Shown piece after piece: positions 48,087 through 57,528 of a stretch of DNA of 64,000 nucleotides; position 1 is the first letter of the stretch, and each line of letters opens with the position of its first letter. The stretch comes from Nibricoccus sp. (GTDB taxonomy: Bacteria; Verrucomicrobiota; Verrucomicrobiia; Opitutales; Opitutaceae): positions 4,032,001 to 4,096,000 of the forward strand of contig JASGHG010000001.1 of NCBI GenBank assembly GCA_047602425.1, in the 5' to 3' direction. A program made the translations under genes and the position numbers. The notes below the pieces were generated by a model. It had not been told where the DNA came from and made no database searches. It worked only from the letters and a program-made list of their open reading frames with translations.

Positions 48087-48515
48087 TTAACGCTTCAGCA
48101 GGAAGCGCACGGCGGCGAAGTACCCTTCAAGGCCAAGGCCGGTGATGACGGCGAGGCAGGCCGGGGCGGTATAGGAGACGTGGCGGAAATCCTCGCGCTT
48201 GTAGATGTTGGAAATATGGACTTCGACGGCGGAAAGTTTTGAACCGAGCAGCGCGTCGCGAAGGGCAACACTGGTGTGGGTGAAGGCGCCGCCATTGAGC
48301 ACGAGGCCGTCGAACTTGGCGTCGGCGAGTGCGGCGATTTTGTCGATGAGCGCGCCCTCGTGATTGGACTGAAAAAATTCGAGTTCGGCTTTGCCGTCGA
48401 ATTCCGCGCGCATCATTTTCTCCAGATCGGCCAGCGTGGTCGAACCATAGATCTCGGGTTCGCGTTTGCCGAGGCGGTCGAGATTGGGCCCGTTGAGGAT
48501 GGCGATCTTTTTCAT
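48087..48515 (-). CDS. aroQ: Type II 3-dehydroquinate dehydratase
   Basis: LNGPNL..LGKREP.IYG, QSNHEG and EVHISN motifs. Confidence 0.97.
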   Translation of the reverse strand: MKKIAILNGPNLDRLGKREPEIYGSTTLADLEKMMRAEFDGKAELEFFQSNHEGALIDKIAALADAKFDGLVLNGGAFTHTSVALRDALLGSKLSAVEVHISNIYKREDFRHVSYTAPACLAVITGLGLEGYFAAVRFLLKR

Positions 48516-48645
48516 GATGAGACGACTGTTGCGAAATCTCGGAGGCTGGGGAAGCTGGAAATTATCGTGCAGGCCCTATCAACCGTAATACCCTGCAACT
48601 TCCTCGAAAGAATCGCTGAGTAAATTTTGTATCTCGCGAACCGTT

Positions 48646-48746
48646 GTGTAGTCTATTAAATGACAAACGGCATGTGGGAGCCGACATGCTGCTACAGGAG
48701 GAGAAGAATGCTGTTAAAAACACGTTTGTCATTTAATAGATGACAA
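48646..48746. repeat. Pair of the same 21-bp palindromes, 80 bp apart
   Basis: GTGTAG-TCTATTAAA-TGACAA at 48646 and TTGTCA-TTTAATAGA-TGACAA at 48726; the two cores are reverse complements. Confidence 0.85.
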
Positions 48747-48797
48747 ATGTCTGGGGAGAAAGGGACGGCGTAGGAACCGAGGGCTAGAGGAATTGCG

Positions 48798-49550
48798 TTA
48801 CAACGGGTTTTCCGTGGTGATGAATTCCCAGGGGAGGTTGAACTTGGCGGAGAGTTCGGCGGCGAGGGCTTTGACGGCGTGGACTTCGGTGGCGTAGTGG
48901 CCGCAGAGGAAAAGATTGAGTTTGTTTTCCTGGGCGAAGTTGAACCATTCCTCGCGGAGTTCGCCGGTGACGAGGGTATCGACACCTTCCCGCGGGAGCT
49001 CGGGCAGGGCGCTGTTGCCGCCGCCGCTGCAAAAGGCGATGGCGGAAGGTTTGGCATTGCCGCATTCGATGGCGATGACGCGCGAATAGAGTTTTTGGAG
49101 GCGGGCTTTTAGTTCGGCCCGCGTTTCCTTGTGCTCGGCGATCCAGCCGATGGGCTCGCCATCGCGAATAAGGAACGGTCGGGTGGGCGTGAGATTGAGT
49201 TCGCGGGCGAGCAGGGCGTTGTTGCCGATTTCAGGGTGTCCATCGAGAGGCAAATGGTTCGAATAGAGCGCGCAATTACCCTTGATGAGTGTGGCGACAC
49301 GTTCGTAGACCGGCCCGGTGATCGGGCGCGGCATGTCCCAATACATGCCATGGTGCACGACGAGAAAATCGACGCCGGCGGCGACGGCTTTTTGGAAGGG
49401 TACGACGCCTGCGTCGACGGCGGCGCCGATTTTGGTGACCTGGCCATCATTGGCAACTTGCAGGTCGTTGAAGGCGCCGGGCGCGTCCTTGAACGCGGCG
49501 CGGCGGGTGCGTTGATCGCAATAGTCGACGAGTTCTTGCAGGGTGGCCAT
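48798..49550 (-). CDS. Nif3-like dinuclear metal-centre hexameric protein
   Basis: VHHG, HLPLDGHPEIGNN, SGGG, TGE and GHYATE motifs. Confidence 0.95.
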   Translation of the reverse strand: MATLQELVDYCDQRTRRAAFKDAPGAFNDLQVANDGQVTKIGAAVDAGVVPFQKAVAAGVDFLVVHHGMYWDMPRPITGPVYERVATLIKGNCALYSNHLPLDGHPEIGNNALLARELNLTPTRPFLIRDGEPIGWIAEHKETRAELKARLQKLYSRVIAIECGNAKPSAIAFCSGGGNSALPELPREGVDTLVTGELREEWFNFAQENKLNLFLCGHYATEVHAVKALAAELSAKFNLPWEFITTENPL

Positions 49551-49758
49551 GGGCAACGGTGTCAGCGAGGGGAACGGAGGGTCAAGAGTGGCGTGGCAGA
49601 AACCGGCGAACCATTTTACAGAAGGTAACGAAGAGCTTGGAGTCGGGAGGGATCGGGATTGCAGGCGGTGGTAGGGACGCAAGCTGCAGGGAATCAGAGA
49701 TCCTTCGTTTCGGTGGATATTTTTCTGAAATCTCCGGAGATTGTTTTTAGGCGGCGAA

Positions 49759-50691
49759 TCAGCGCAGCCGCATGACTTTGGCGGCGTCTTTGCGAGCCTC
49801 TTCAACTTGGGAACCTGAAAAAAGTTCGGCTCCAACCAACAGCCTGAGGCGAACGCCGAGTTCGGATTTCGCCCATTCGGGTGGAAGGCGCGAAAGGGCA
49901 AGCCAGGCGTCGCCGGTTCGATAGGGTTTTTTTGCCATGGCGGCGAAAGCCTCGATCATGAGGTCGGCCGGCGTGGCTGGGATTTGATTGTCGAATTGGG
50001 CGTCAGAACTCGTTAGGCAACGGGCGGCGCCCTCCTTGACATTTCGGTCACCGCTTTCCCGGACGTAAATTTCGTAGTTGCGATCGAATGCGAGCTGGCG
50101 GCGCTGGGGAGTTTCGAGGGCGGAGAGCTGGATCGGCAGTCTGATGTTTTTTGCGATCCTCGGCGGTACGTCCGGATCGGCGGGATCGACCACGAGAACG
50201 TCGAAGGGAGGCATGCCGTTTTCGCAGTCGATCAGGGGGTTGAGATAACGGGTGATGCCGACGGGGGAGGTCAAAATGAGGCGCCGTTCCGTGGGAGGAA
50301 ATCCGATGTGCTGTTTAAACACCTCGTCGAGGGGTGATGAGAGCGTTTCGGTTTCGGAGGGCAATTTCCGCTGAAGAACAATCTTTGCCGGGCCGGCGAT
50401 ATCCTCGGCTTTGCCGGTGTCGGTGTGGATCAGTTTGATTTTTGAGCCGTTGGGGATGCTGACGGGTTCGTCAGAATGAAGGGCGACGGGTGCGGCGATT
50501 TTTTTCGCCGGCCACCAGGAAAGCTTCACGCGACTGTCGTTGTCGATGGGGACTAGGTAAGCGGCGACGGGAGAGCCGACGTTTTTTTTGCGATAAAGGG
50601 ACAATCCCGCAACGATGCCGAGTCCCGCCAGCAACACCGCGAGGACAATCCAGATGAGCGTGCGGCGTGCGTTTTTGGCGGGGGCGGTCAT
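49759..50691 (-). CDS. Hypothetical membrane-anchored protein
   Basis: Single N-terminal TM segment (TLIWIVLAVLLAGLGIVAGLSLY) followed by a soluble domain. Confidence 0.65.
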   Translation of the reverse strand: MTAPAKNARRTLIWIVLAVLLAGLGIVAGLSLYRKKNVGSPVAAYLVPIDNDSRVKLSWWPAKKIAAPVALHSDEPVSIPNGSKIKLIHTDTGKAEDIAGPAKIVLQRKLPSETETLSSPLDEVFKQHIGFPPTERRLILTSPVGITRYLNPLIDCENGMPPFDVLVVDPADPDVPPRIAKNIRLPIQLSALETPQRRQLAFDRNYEIYVRESGDRNVKEGAARCLTSSDAQFDNQIPATPADLMIEAFAAMAKKPYRTGDAWLALSRLPPEWAKSELGVRLRLLVGAELFSGSQVEEARKDAAKVMRLR

Positions 50692-50797
50692 GGTTTTTGG
50701 GTGGCGATTTGGCGGGTGGTGAACGGGAAACGGTCTGGATACGGGGTGGTTGCGATTCTCTATCGCTTTTTGTGCACACTTTTTCAAGCTGCGCGCG

Positions 50798-51274
50798 ATG
50801 AGTGAAGTGAACGAATCGTTGTTGAACCAAGTCAGCCTCGTAGCCGAGACGTTGCAGGGCCGTCCGTCGTGGGATGAATATTTCATGGCGACGGCGCTCT
50901 TGATTTCGACCCGTTCACCCTGCGATCGGCTGCACGTCGGCTGCGTGGTGGTGAGCGGCGGCGAGCGGAAAAACCGCATCGTCGCGGCCGGCTACAATGG
51001 TTTTCTACCCGGAACCCCGCACGTCTCGCGAGTGCGCGACGGTCACGAGCAGGCGACGGTACACGCGGAGCAGAATGCCGTGGCGGATGCGGCCCGCCGC
51101 GGAAGTTCGCTGGAAGGTTGCATCGCCTACGTCACTCATTATCCGTGCATCAATTGCGCCAAAATCCTCGCTGCGGCCGGTATCGTGGAAGTGCGATATC
51201 GTCGCGACTACAAAAATGATCCTTTGGTCGGACAATTGCTGATAGATGCTGGCGTGAAAATCCTTCAACTTTAA
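50798..51274 (+). CDS. dCMP deaminase (ComEB family)
   Basis: RPSWDEYFM, GYNG, HAEQNA and PCINC motifs. Confidence 0.93.
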   Translation: MSEVNESLLNQVSLVAETLQGRPSWDEYFMATALLISTRSPCDRLHVGCVVVSGGERKNRIVAAGYNGFLPGTPHVSRVRDGHEQATVHAEQNAVADAARRGSSLEGCIAYVTHYPCINCAKILAAAGIVEVRYRRDYKNDPLVGQLLIDAGVKILQL

Positions 51275-51312
51275 GCTGCACCCTCCCTCGAGCTCACGGT
51301 CAACCTACTGCC

Positions 51313-51873
51313 ATGCGCGAACGTCGCCACCAAGAAAACAATGCACTCGCCGGCTCGCTTTTGCTGGCGCACCCGTCGATGCGCGATCCGAATTTTCGCC
51401 GTGCGGTGGTGCTGCTTTCGGCGCACGACGAAAAAGGCGCCATGGGTGTCGTAATGAACCATCCGCTCGACAAACATCTCGGCCAGCTCAACGCCGAGTT
51501 CGCGCTCAGCCCGCTCGCTAATGTGCCCTTGTTTCAAGGCGGCCCAGTACAAACGGAGCAACTTTTGTTGTGCGCGTGGAAATTTCACGCGGATCAGAGC
51601 GGTTTCCAACTGATGTTTGGCATCGACCCGGAAAAGGCGGCGGAGCTTCAACAGGAAGAAGGCACGCACCTGCGGGCATTTCTTGGCTACGCTGGTTGGA
51701 CGGGCGGCCAGCTCGAAAACGAGCTCAAGCAAAACGCCTGGGTGGTCACGCCTTTGGTGGCCGAGTTGATGAACGAAAAGCCCGACGAAACGCTCTGGCG
51801 TACGATTCTCACCGATCTCGACCACGACTGGAAACTCATCGTGGACGAACCCGACGATCCGAGCCTGAACTAA
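51313..51873 (+). CDS. yqgE: YqgE/AlgH family protein
   Basis: DPNFRRAVV, GGPV and GYAGW..GQLE.E motifs. Confidence 0.93.
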   Translation: MRERRHQENNALAGSLLLAHPSMRDPNFRRAVVLLSAHDEKGAMGVVMNHPLDKHLGQLNAEFALSPLANVPLFQGGPVQTEQLLLCAWKFHADQSGFQLMFGIDPEKAAELQQEEGTHLRAFLGYAGWTGGQLENELKQNAWVVTPLVAELMNEKPDETLWRTILTDLDHDWKLIVDEPDDPSLN

Positions 51874-51902
51874 GCGCGGCGGAGCAACGTTGTCCGCATC
51901 TC

Positions 51903-52080
51903 AAATTCCCCCGCGCGGAAGCTCCAGCCAGGTAGGCGGTCAGCTTCTACTTGAACCTTAACCGTGCTCAGTACGGTCTCGGGAAGCGTGGAGCATTACG
52001 ACCTTCGCCGACAGACTTCTGTTGAGGTCAAACTTTCTTAACGGCGATCGGCACTTTTCTTACTAGCGAGCAGGGAGGTT
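51903..52080. ncRNA. Candidate structured RNA (6S-like)
   Basis: Ends are imperfectly complementary; TTGAACC can pair with GGTCAA; several internal hairpins; family and strand unverified. Confidence 0.35.
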
Positions 52081-52098
52081 TTGCGTCACGTTGCGGCC

Positions 52099-53469
52099 AT
52101 GTTTGATCCGATCGAAAAGCTCAAGGAATTCGTTCGCCATCCCAGCATCTCCGCCGATCCGTCGGCTACAGCCGGCATGAAAGGCGCCCGTGAATTTGTC
52201 GCGGGGTTGCTGACCTCGATCGGCTTTTCAACCGAGATCGTGCCGACGGCGCTGCATCCGATTGTCCTCGCGCACCGCGCCGGCAAACCCGAATGGCCGC
52301 ATGTCATCATCTACGGCCATTACGACGTGCAACCCGCCGATCCGCTGAATCTCTGGCAGACGCCGGCGTTCGAGCCGCAAATCCGCGGTCACCGCATGTA
52401 CGGTCGCGGCACGGCCGATAATAAAGGTCCGCTCATGACGCATATCGCCGCTGTGGGACGTTTGTTGGAACGTCGTCCGGATCTCCCGCTGCGCATCACG
52501 TTCATGATCGAAGGCGAAGAAGAAACGGGCAGCCCGAGTTTCCTGCCTTTCCTCGAAAAGTACCAAGACCGGTTGCAGGCGGATTTCGTTTATCTCTCCG
52601 ACACAGGTATTCCGCGTCCCGATCAAGTTGTTATCACCTGCGGTCTGCGCGGCCTGACGCTCTTCGACTTGGTGGTAACCGGTTCGAAAATGGATCTTCA
52701 TTCCGGCCTGCATGGCGGCGTATTGCGAAATCCGATACAGGCATTGGCTGAACTTTGCGCGTCGCTTCACACGCCGGACGGTCGCGTGAACGTGCCCGGT
52801 TTTTACGACGACGTGCTTGAAGTCGAACCATGGGAACGTGCCGAACTCGCGAAACTCGGCCAGAGCGAAGAGCAATACCGTGAGTTCCTCGGCATCCCGG
52901 CGTTTCACACGCACAAAGGTTACACACCATTCGAGGCGACGCGTTTCCTCCCGACGCTGGAATTCAATGGCATCGGCGGCGGCTATCAAGGCGAGGGGAC
53001 AAAAACCGTGATCCCGAGCAAGGCCTTCGTGAAGATCAGCTGCCGGCTCGTGCCGAACCAGAACCCGGAGAAAATTCGCGAGCTCCTCTATAAAACCGTG
53101 CGCGAGCGCATGCCGAAGGATGTGACCTTCGAACTAATCGACCAGCACCAGGGCATTCCTTACGTCGTGGTTCCGCCGGATCGGTCCAACACCCCGAAAG
53201 ATCAATCGCCCGTGCTCGCGAAGGCGTTTCGCGCGGCCGACAAGGCCATTGCTGGCGTTTTTGGAAAGCCGCCGCTTTATCTGCGCGAAGGCGGCAGCGT
53301 GCCGATCATCGCCGACATAAAGCGAGTCCTGGGATTGGACTCCTTACTCTTCGGCTTATTCCTGCCCGAAGATAATCTGCACGCGCCGAACGAAAGCTTT
53401 GATCTAAACGTGATGGCTCGCGGTATCCAAGCCTCCGAGCAGATTTTGGAGTCACTCGCGAAAAATTAA
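52099..53469 (+). CDS. M20 family dipeptidase
   Basis: YGHYDVQP, GRGTADNKG, EGEEETGS, DLHSG and HAPNE motifs. Confidence 0.94.
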   Translation: MFDPIEKLKEFVRHPSISADPSATAGMKGAREFVAGLLTSIGFSTEIVPTALHPIVLAHRAGKPEWPHVIIYGHYDVQPADPLNLWQTPAFEPQIRGHRMYGRGTADNKGPLMTHIAAVGRLLERRPDLPLRITFMIEGEEETGSPSFLPFLEKYQDRLQADFVYLSDTGIPRPDQVVITCGLRGLTLFDLVVTGSKMDLHSGLHGGVLRNPIQALAELCASLHTPDGRVNVPGFYDDVLEVEPWERAELAKLGQSEEQYREFLGIPAFHTHKGYTPFEATRFLPTLEFNGIGGGYQGEGTKTVIPSKAFVKISCRLVPNQNPEKIRELLYKTVRERMPKDVTFELIDQHQGIPYVVVPPDRSNTPKDQSPVLAKAFRAADKAIAGVFGKPPLYLREGGSVPIIADIKRVLGLDSLLFGLFLPEDNLHAPNESFDLNVMARGIQASEQILESLAKN

Positions 53470-53574
53470 GTTCGGAGCCGTTAGAAACATCTCAAGTCCT
53501 TATACGGCGTCGGAGTGCCTGGATCCCTTCGGGCGCCATGCCGCTGAGGTGTTTGACGGAAGCTCGTCGACCGC

Positions 53575-53600
53575 AAAAAACGCGCGCCGTAAAGCGCGCG
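53575..53600 (-). terminator. Terminator of the DUF4032-like gene
   Basis: Minus strand ACGCGCGC-TTTACG-GCGCGCGT-TTTTT. Confidence 0.7.
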
Positions 53601-53612
53601 TCGGAAAAGCTA

Positions 53613-53891
53613 TCAATGCCCGGAGGCGTGGGCTTGCGGGTGCCGCGGTTCGGAAGGGGCCGGCGCGGAAGCCGCCTGCAATTTGGCGCGGCGGTCAGCC
53701 CGCCATGCATCGCGATGTTTGCGGATCCAGTCCAAGAGAGCGCGCTCAAAACCGATATCGTAACCTAGCCGTTCCGACTCAATCCATTTATGCCGAAGGA
53801 TTTCCTCACGTTCAGCGAGAAATTCTTGGTAAAGGCTGGATTGCTTTACGAAGTCTCGAGAAGGCTCGGGTTGTTGAAACGATGACGACAT
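53613..53891 (-). CDS. Small DUF4032-like protein
   Basis: EILRHKWIESE..GYDIGFERALLDW motif. Confidence 0.8.
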   Translation of the reverse strand: MSSSFQQPEPSRDFVKQSSLYQEFLAEREEILRHKWIESERLGYDIGFERALLDWIRKHRDAWRADRRAKLQAASAPAPSEPRHPQAHASGH

Positions 53892-53918
53892 GGTGACCAC
53901 GACAAAAGGCTGGAGGAT

Positions 53919-53947
53919 ATTATACTAGAAAAGAGTAAGTTGTGTAA
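53919..53947 (-). promoter_or_regulatory. Putative sigma-70 promoter of the DUF4032-like gene
   Basis: Minus strand TTACAC-N17-TATAAT, 27 nt upstream of the ATG. Confidence 0.5.
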
Positions 53948-54480
53948 CGAAACCGCGATTTATTAATTACGATGGATTGCGGACTTATCGCTGGATTCAA
54001 TCCGCTTAGCCGACTTGAGCAACACCCGGTCGGCAAAGCCTGCGCGCGCGGATTCGCGCCGGGCAGTTTACCGAGATCATTGTGGGTGGTCATGAAATGC
54101 TGGTGCTGGGACGGACAGCTCAACTGAGACTTCGTTGCATGTGGTCGAGCGCTAATTGAACTGTTTATAAGGTAAATGGAGGGCGCAAGCTGTCAATGAC
54201 TTGATCGTACAGTAACTGCCGACGGCCGCTTGTCGTAAACGAGGCTGTTCCAGGGAGCTGTCTAAATGAAAAACTTTCAAGTGTCGTGCGCTTCGGGACT
54301 GCTGGAAGGTGATACCGGGACTTTGAAAGATCGCGTGGCGGCCGCCGAAAGTGGAAATGAACTGAGTCCGGGCGACCGTCTTCGCCACCCGGCTTGGCGG
54401 TATGGGGTGTTTCCCCTTCTAGACCTGGTCCGGGTGGAAAAGTGGTGATCACGGGCCTTTGTGCCGGGTGGATCGTGGCG

Positions 54481-55890
54481 TCAATGAGCGGGTTGATTCC
54501 AGTCGAGGGTGCCATTGACGACCTGTTTGCCGATCGTGACGTTTTCGAACTTCAAATCTTCCACGTTCTCGAGGACGAAAGTTTTGCCGGCCTGCTTAAT
54601 GGCGATGTTGCGCAGGGTGACGTTCTTGAGCGGTGCGCCAAGCGGGGCGCGGCATTCGAAAACGGTGCCGGCATTTTCCACCGTGAAGTTTTCAAAAACG
54701 ATGTCGCGGTAAGTTGACGGAAAATTGCCGACCGAGCCGGGATAATCGAGCTGGAACCAGAAAAGGTTGTCGAAGGATTCGACAGTAAAGTTGCGCACGC
54801 GGATATGCTCGACGGTGCCGCCGCGGTCGAGGTTGGCTTTGAAACGAATCGCGGAGACGCCTTTTCGGAGGACGTTGTCGGAGAAGTAAACGTTGCGGAT
54901 GCCGCCGGACATTTCGCTGCCGAGGGCGATGCCATCTTCGCCGCCCATGTCGTTGCGACGGACGACGACATTTTCGCTGGGTTTGCCGATCTCGCGCGCG
55001 TCGCGATCTCGTCCGGATTTGATGACCACGGAATCGTCGCCGGTGCGGAAGTAGCAGTCCTCGATGAGCACTTGGCGCGAAGAATCGACATCGACGCCGT
55101 CGTTATTGGTGTGCGGGCTTTCGACCCGAATGCGCCGGATGGTGGCATGGTCGGTGTAGACGAGATGGTTCACCCAGAACGGTGAATTGTGCAGCGTGTA
55201 ATCTTGCAGGAGGACGTGTTCGGCGCGGAAAAATTGAATCAACGGCGGGCGGAGGTAGGTGCCTTCGCCGAAGATGCGTTGGGCGGCGGGAATTCCATTC
55301 TGGCCCATTTTTCGAAGCGCGCTTTGGTGCGTATTCTGTAGTTTGGGATCGATCCAGCTGAGGAATTCGCTTTTCGCATTTCCATCGATTGTGCCCTTGC
55401 CGGTGATCGCGACGTCGTGGACTTCGAAGCCATAGATGAGAGGCGAGTATCCGTACAGCTCGGTGCCCTCCCAACGAGTCAGAACAACGGGCAAATAATG
55501 CTTCGCGACAGGACTAAAAAGCAGTGTGGCGCCTTCGGCGACGTGGAGTTCGATTTGCGAGGCCAGGTGAATCGGGCCGTTGCTCAGGAATTCGCCTTTG
55601 GGAATGACGACGCGACCGCCGCCTTCGGCTGAAGCTTTTTTGATCGCGGCTTTAATGGCGGGCAGGGCGTCGGTTTGACCATCGGGCTTGGCGCCGAAAT
55701 CGGTGATCACGTAGTCGCGAGCGGGAATTTTCGGCAACTGAATCGATTGGACGATTTCATCGGCTTTCGCCCAATCGCCATCGCTGGCCGAAGTTGAGGC
55801 CGCGAAACTGGGGACAGCGCAAAAACTGAGCAGAATGCCGAGAGTCAATACGTTATGAAGGGAGAGAGCAGCTGGGGGGCGGAGGTTCAT
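54481..55890 (-). CDS. Glycoside hydrolase family 28 (polygalacturonase-like), secreted
   Basis: Signal peptide; NNDG, GDD, IKSG, GSEMSGG and RFK motifs. Confidence 0.93.
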   Translation of the reverse strand: MNLRPPAALSLHNVLTLGILLSFCAVPSFAASTSASDGDWAKADEIVQSIQLPKIPARDYVITDFGAKPDGQTDALPAIKAAIKKASAEGGGRVVIPKGEFLSNGPIHLASQIELHVAEGATLLFSPVAKHYLPVVLTRWEGTELYGYSPLIYGFEVHDVAITGKGTIDGNAKSEFLSWIDPKLQNTHQSALRKMGQNGIPAAQRIFGEGTYLRPPLIQFFRAEHVLLQDYTLHNSPFWVNHLVYTDHATIRRIRVESPHTNNDGVDVDSSRQVLIEDCYFRTGDDSVVIKSGRDRDAREIGKPSENVVVRRNDMGGEDGIALGSEMSGGIRNVYFSDNVLRKGVSAIRFKANLDRGGTVEHIRVRNFTVESFDNLFWFQLDYPGSVGNFPSTYRDIVFENFTVENAGTVFECRAPLGAPLKNVTLRNIAIKQAGKTFVLENVEDLKFENVTIGKQVVNGTLDWNQPAH

Positions 55891-56072
55891 TGAGGAAAAA
55901 CGGCAGCATAGAACGCCGAGCGGCCCTACGTCAAAGCGACTGTTACACGTGTGCGAAAATAAATGAAAATGTACAGCATACCAATCGGGATTTTCTAGGG
56001 AAAGTCCTCATGAATTTGGGTTAACAGATTCCCGTGAATGTGCCGATGGCAGGGGCACATCTTGATTTTACA

Positions 56073-57500
56073 ATGAACAACGACGTTAGGTGGCTGATCC
56101 ATTTGGGCATCCATCAAAAATTATTTTCGCGCGAGCAGTGCCAGACGATCGTGCAGAAGCTGGGCGAGGGCGTGTGCCTGATGGATTTCGCACAGCAGCT
56201 AATCGACGACGGGATTGTCGGCGACGTCGACCGGCTTGAAGGGCTTGGCACCGAGGCCATGGCGAAAGCTGCGGATGGCGAGGCTCCCGCTTTCAATGGG
56301 CCGGGCGCAAAACCTGCGCAAGGAAACGATACGCTGAAAACTTCTTCATCCGAGCGGGACACGGTTCCGCCTTTCATCGACCAAGGGCCGCCTCCTGATT
56401 TTGATTTTACGGGCCTGAGCGAGTTCACCGAGGCGGGCTTGGAACGCGAGCTGCGGCAATTCCTGCGCGACGCCGCGCATTACGGGGCGAGCGATCTCCA
56501 TCTTTCCGCCGGAGCCAAACCATTTCTTAGGCGTAATCGCGCGTTGATCAATCTCTCCGAACAGCCGCTCTCGGCGGACGACGCTTTGCGCCTCAACACC
56601 GTGCTTCTCGCCTCGCACCAAAGGCAGGTCTTTCTCGAACGGCGCGATTTCGACTACGCCCTGGCCTTGGACAACGAGAACCGTTACCGCGTGAATTTGA
56701 TGTTTCACAAGCAGGGCGCAGCTGGTTCCTACCGAATGGTTCCGGCGCGCATTCCCCGGCTGCCAGAGATCGGCCTGCGCGACCTTGCGCCGGTTCACAA
56801 ATTCCTCAGCTATCACAACGGACTCATCCTCGTCACCGGTCCGGTCGGCGCGGGTAAAACCACGACGCTCGCGGCTCTCGTGGCCGAACTCAACGAGACG
56901 CGCGAGGACCACATCATCACGATCGAGGATCCCATCGAGGTCGTGCAACCGTCGCGCAAATGCAATGTCACGCAGCGCGAGGTCGGCCCGCACACGAAGT
57001 CCTTTGCCAGCGCGCTCAAGGGCGCTCTTCGCGAGGATCCCGACGTGATTGTGATCGGCGAACTCCGCGACCTTGAAACCATCGAGATGGCGATCACCGC
57101 GGCCGAGACCGGCCATCTTGTCATCGGCACAATGCACACGAGCGACGCCGCTACCACGCTCAACCGCCTGCTCGACGTCTTTCCCTCGGCCCAACAGCCG
57201 CAGATCCGCGCCAGCGTGGCGGAAAGTTTGCGCGGCATCATTTGCCAGCGCCTCCTCCCCAAGGCCAAGGGCGGCCTCGTGCTGGCCAGCGAAATCCTTG
57301 TGGCCAACAGCGCCGTGTCTAACCTTATCCGAGAGGGAAAAACCCAGGGCCTGCGCAATACCATGGAAACCGGCCTCAAGGACGGCATGTGCCTCATGGA
57401 ATCCGTCATCTTCGAGCTCTGGCAAAAGCAGAAAATCACCGCCGCCACCGCCCGCGCCAATATCAATAACCGGATGATCCGCGCAAAAATAACCGTCTGA
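56073..57500 (+). CDS. pilT: PilT/PilU-family ATPase with ~120-aa N-terminal extension
   Basis: ASDLHL, GPVGAGKTT, TIEDPIE, ALREDPD, GELRD and TGHLVIGTMH motifs. Confidence 0.9.
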   Translation: MNNDVRWLIHLGIHQKLFSREQCQTIVQKLGEGVCLMDFAQQLIDDGIVGDVDRLEGLGTEAMAKAADGEAPAFNGPGAKPAQGNDTLKTSSSERDTVPPFIDQGPPPDFDFTGLSEFTEAGLERELRQFLRDAAHYGASDLHLSAGAKPFLRRNRALINLSEQPLSADDALRLNTVLLASHQRQVFLERRDFDYALALDNENRYRVNLMFHKQGAAGSYRMVPARIPRLPEIGLRDLAPVHKFLSYHNGLILVTGPVGAGKTTTLAALVAELNETREDHIITIEDPIEVVQPSRKCNVTQREVGPHTKSFASALKGALREDPDVIVIGELRDLETIEMAITAAETGHLVIGTMHTSDAATTLNRLLDVFPSAQQPQIRASVAESLRGIICQRLLPKAKGGLVLASEILVANSAVSNLIREGKTQGLRNTMETGLKDGMCLMESVIFELWQKQKITAATARANINNRMIRAKITV

Positions 57501-57528
57501 GCCGCGAACTCTTTTCCCCGCCATCGTC

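Noticed and set aside
49460..49475. Nif3 motif NDLQV instead of the usual NGLQV as a sign of pseudogenisation
   Set aside because: It is a single substitution; the frame and metal-ligand motifs are intact, so it may be polymorphism or sequencing error
54025..54080. c-di-GMP-I riboswitch
   Set aside because: GGTAAA and GCAAAGCC fragments are present but on inconsistent strands and order, and there is no GNRA loop with receptor
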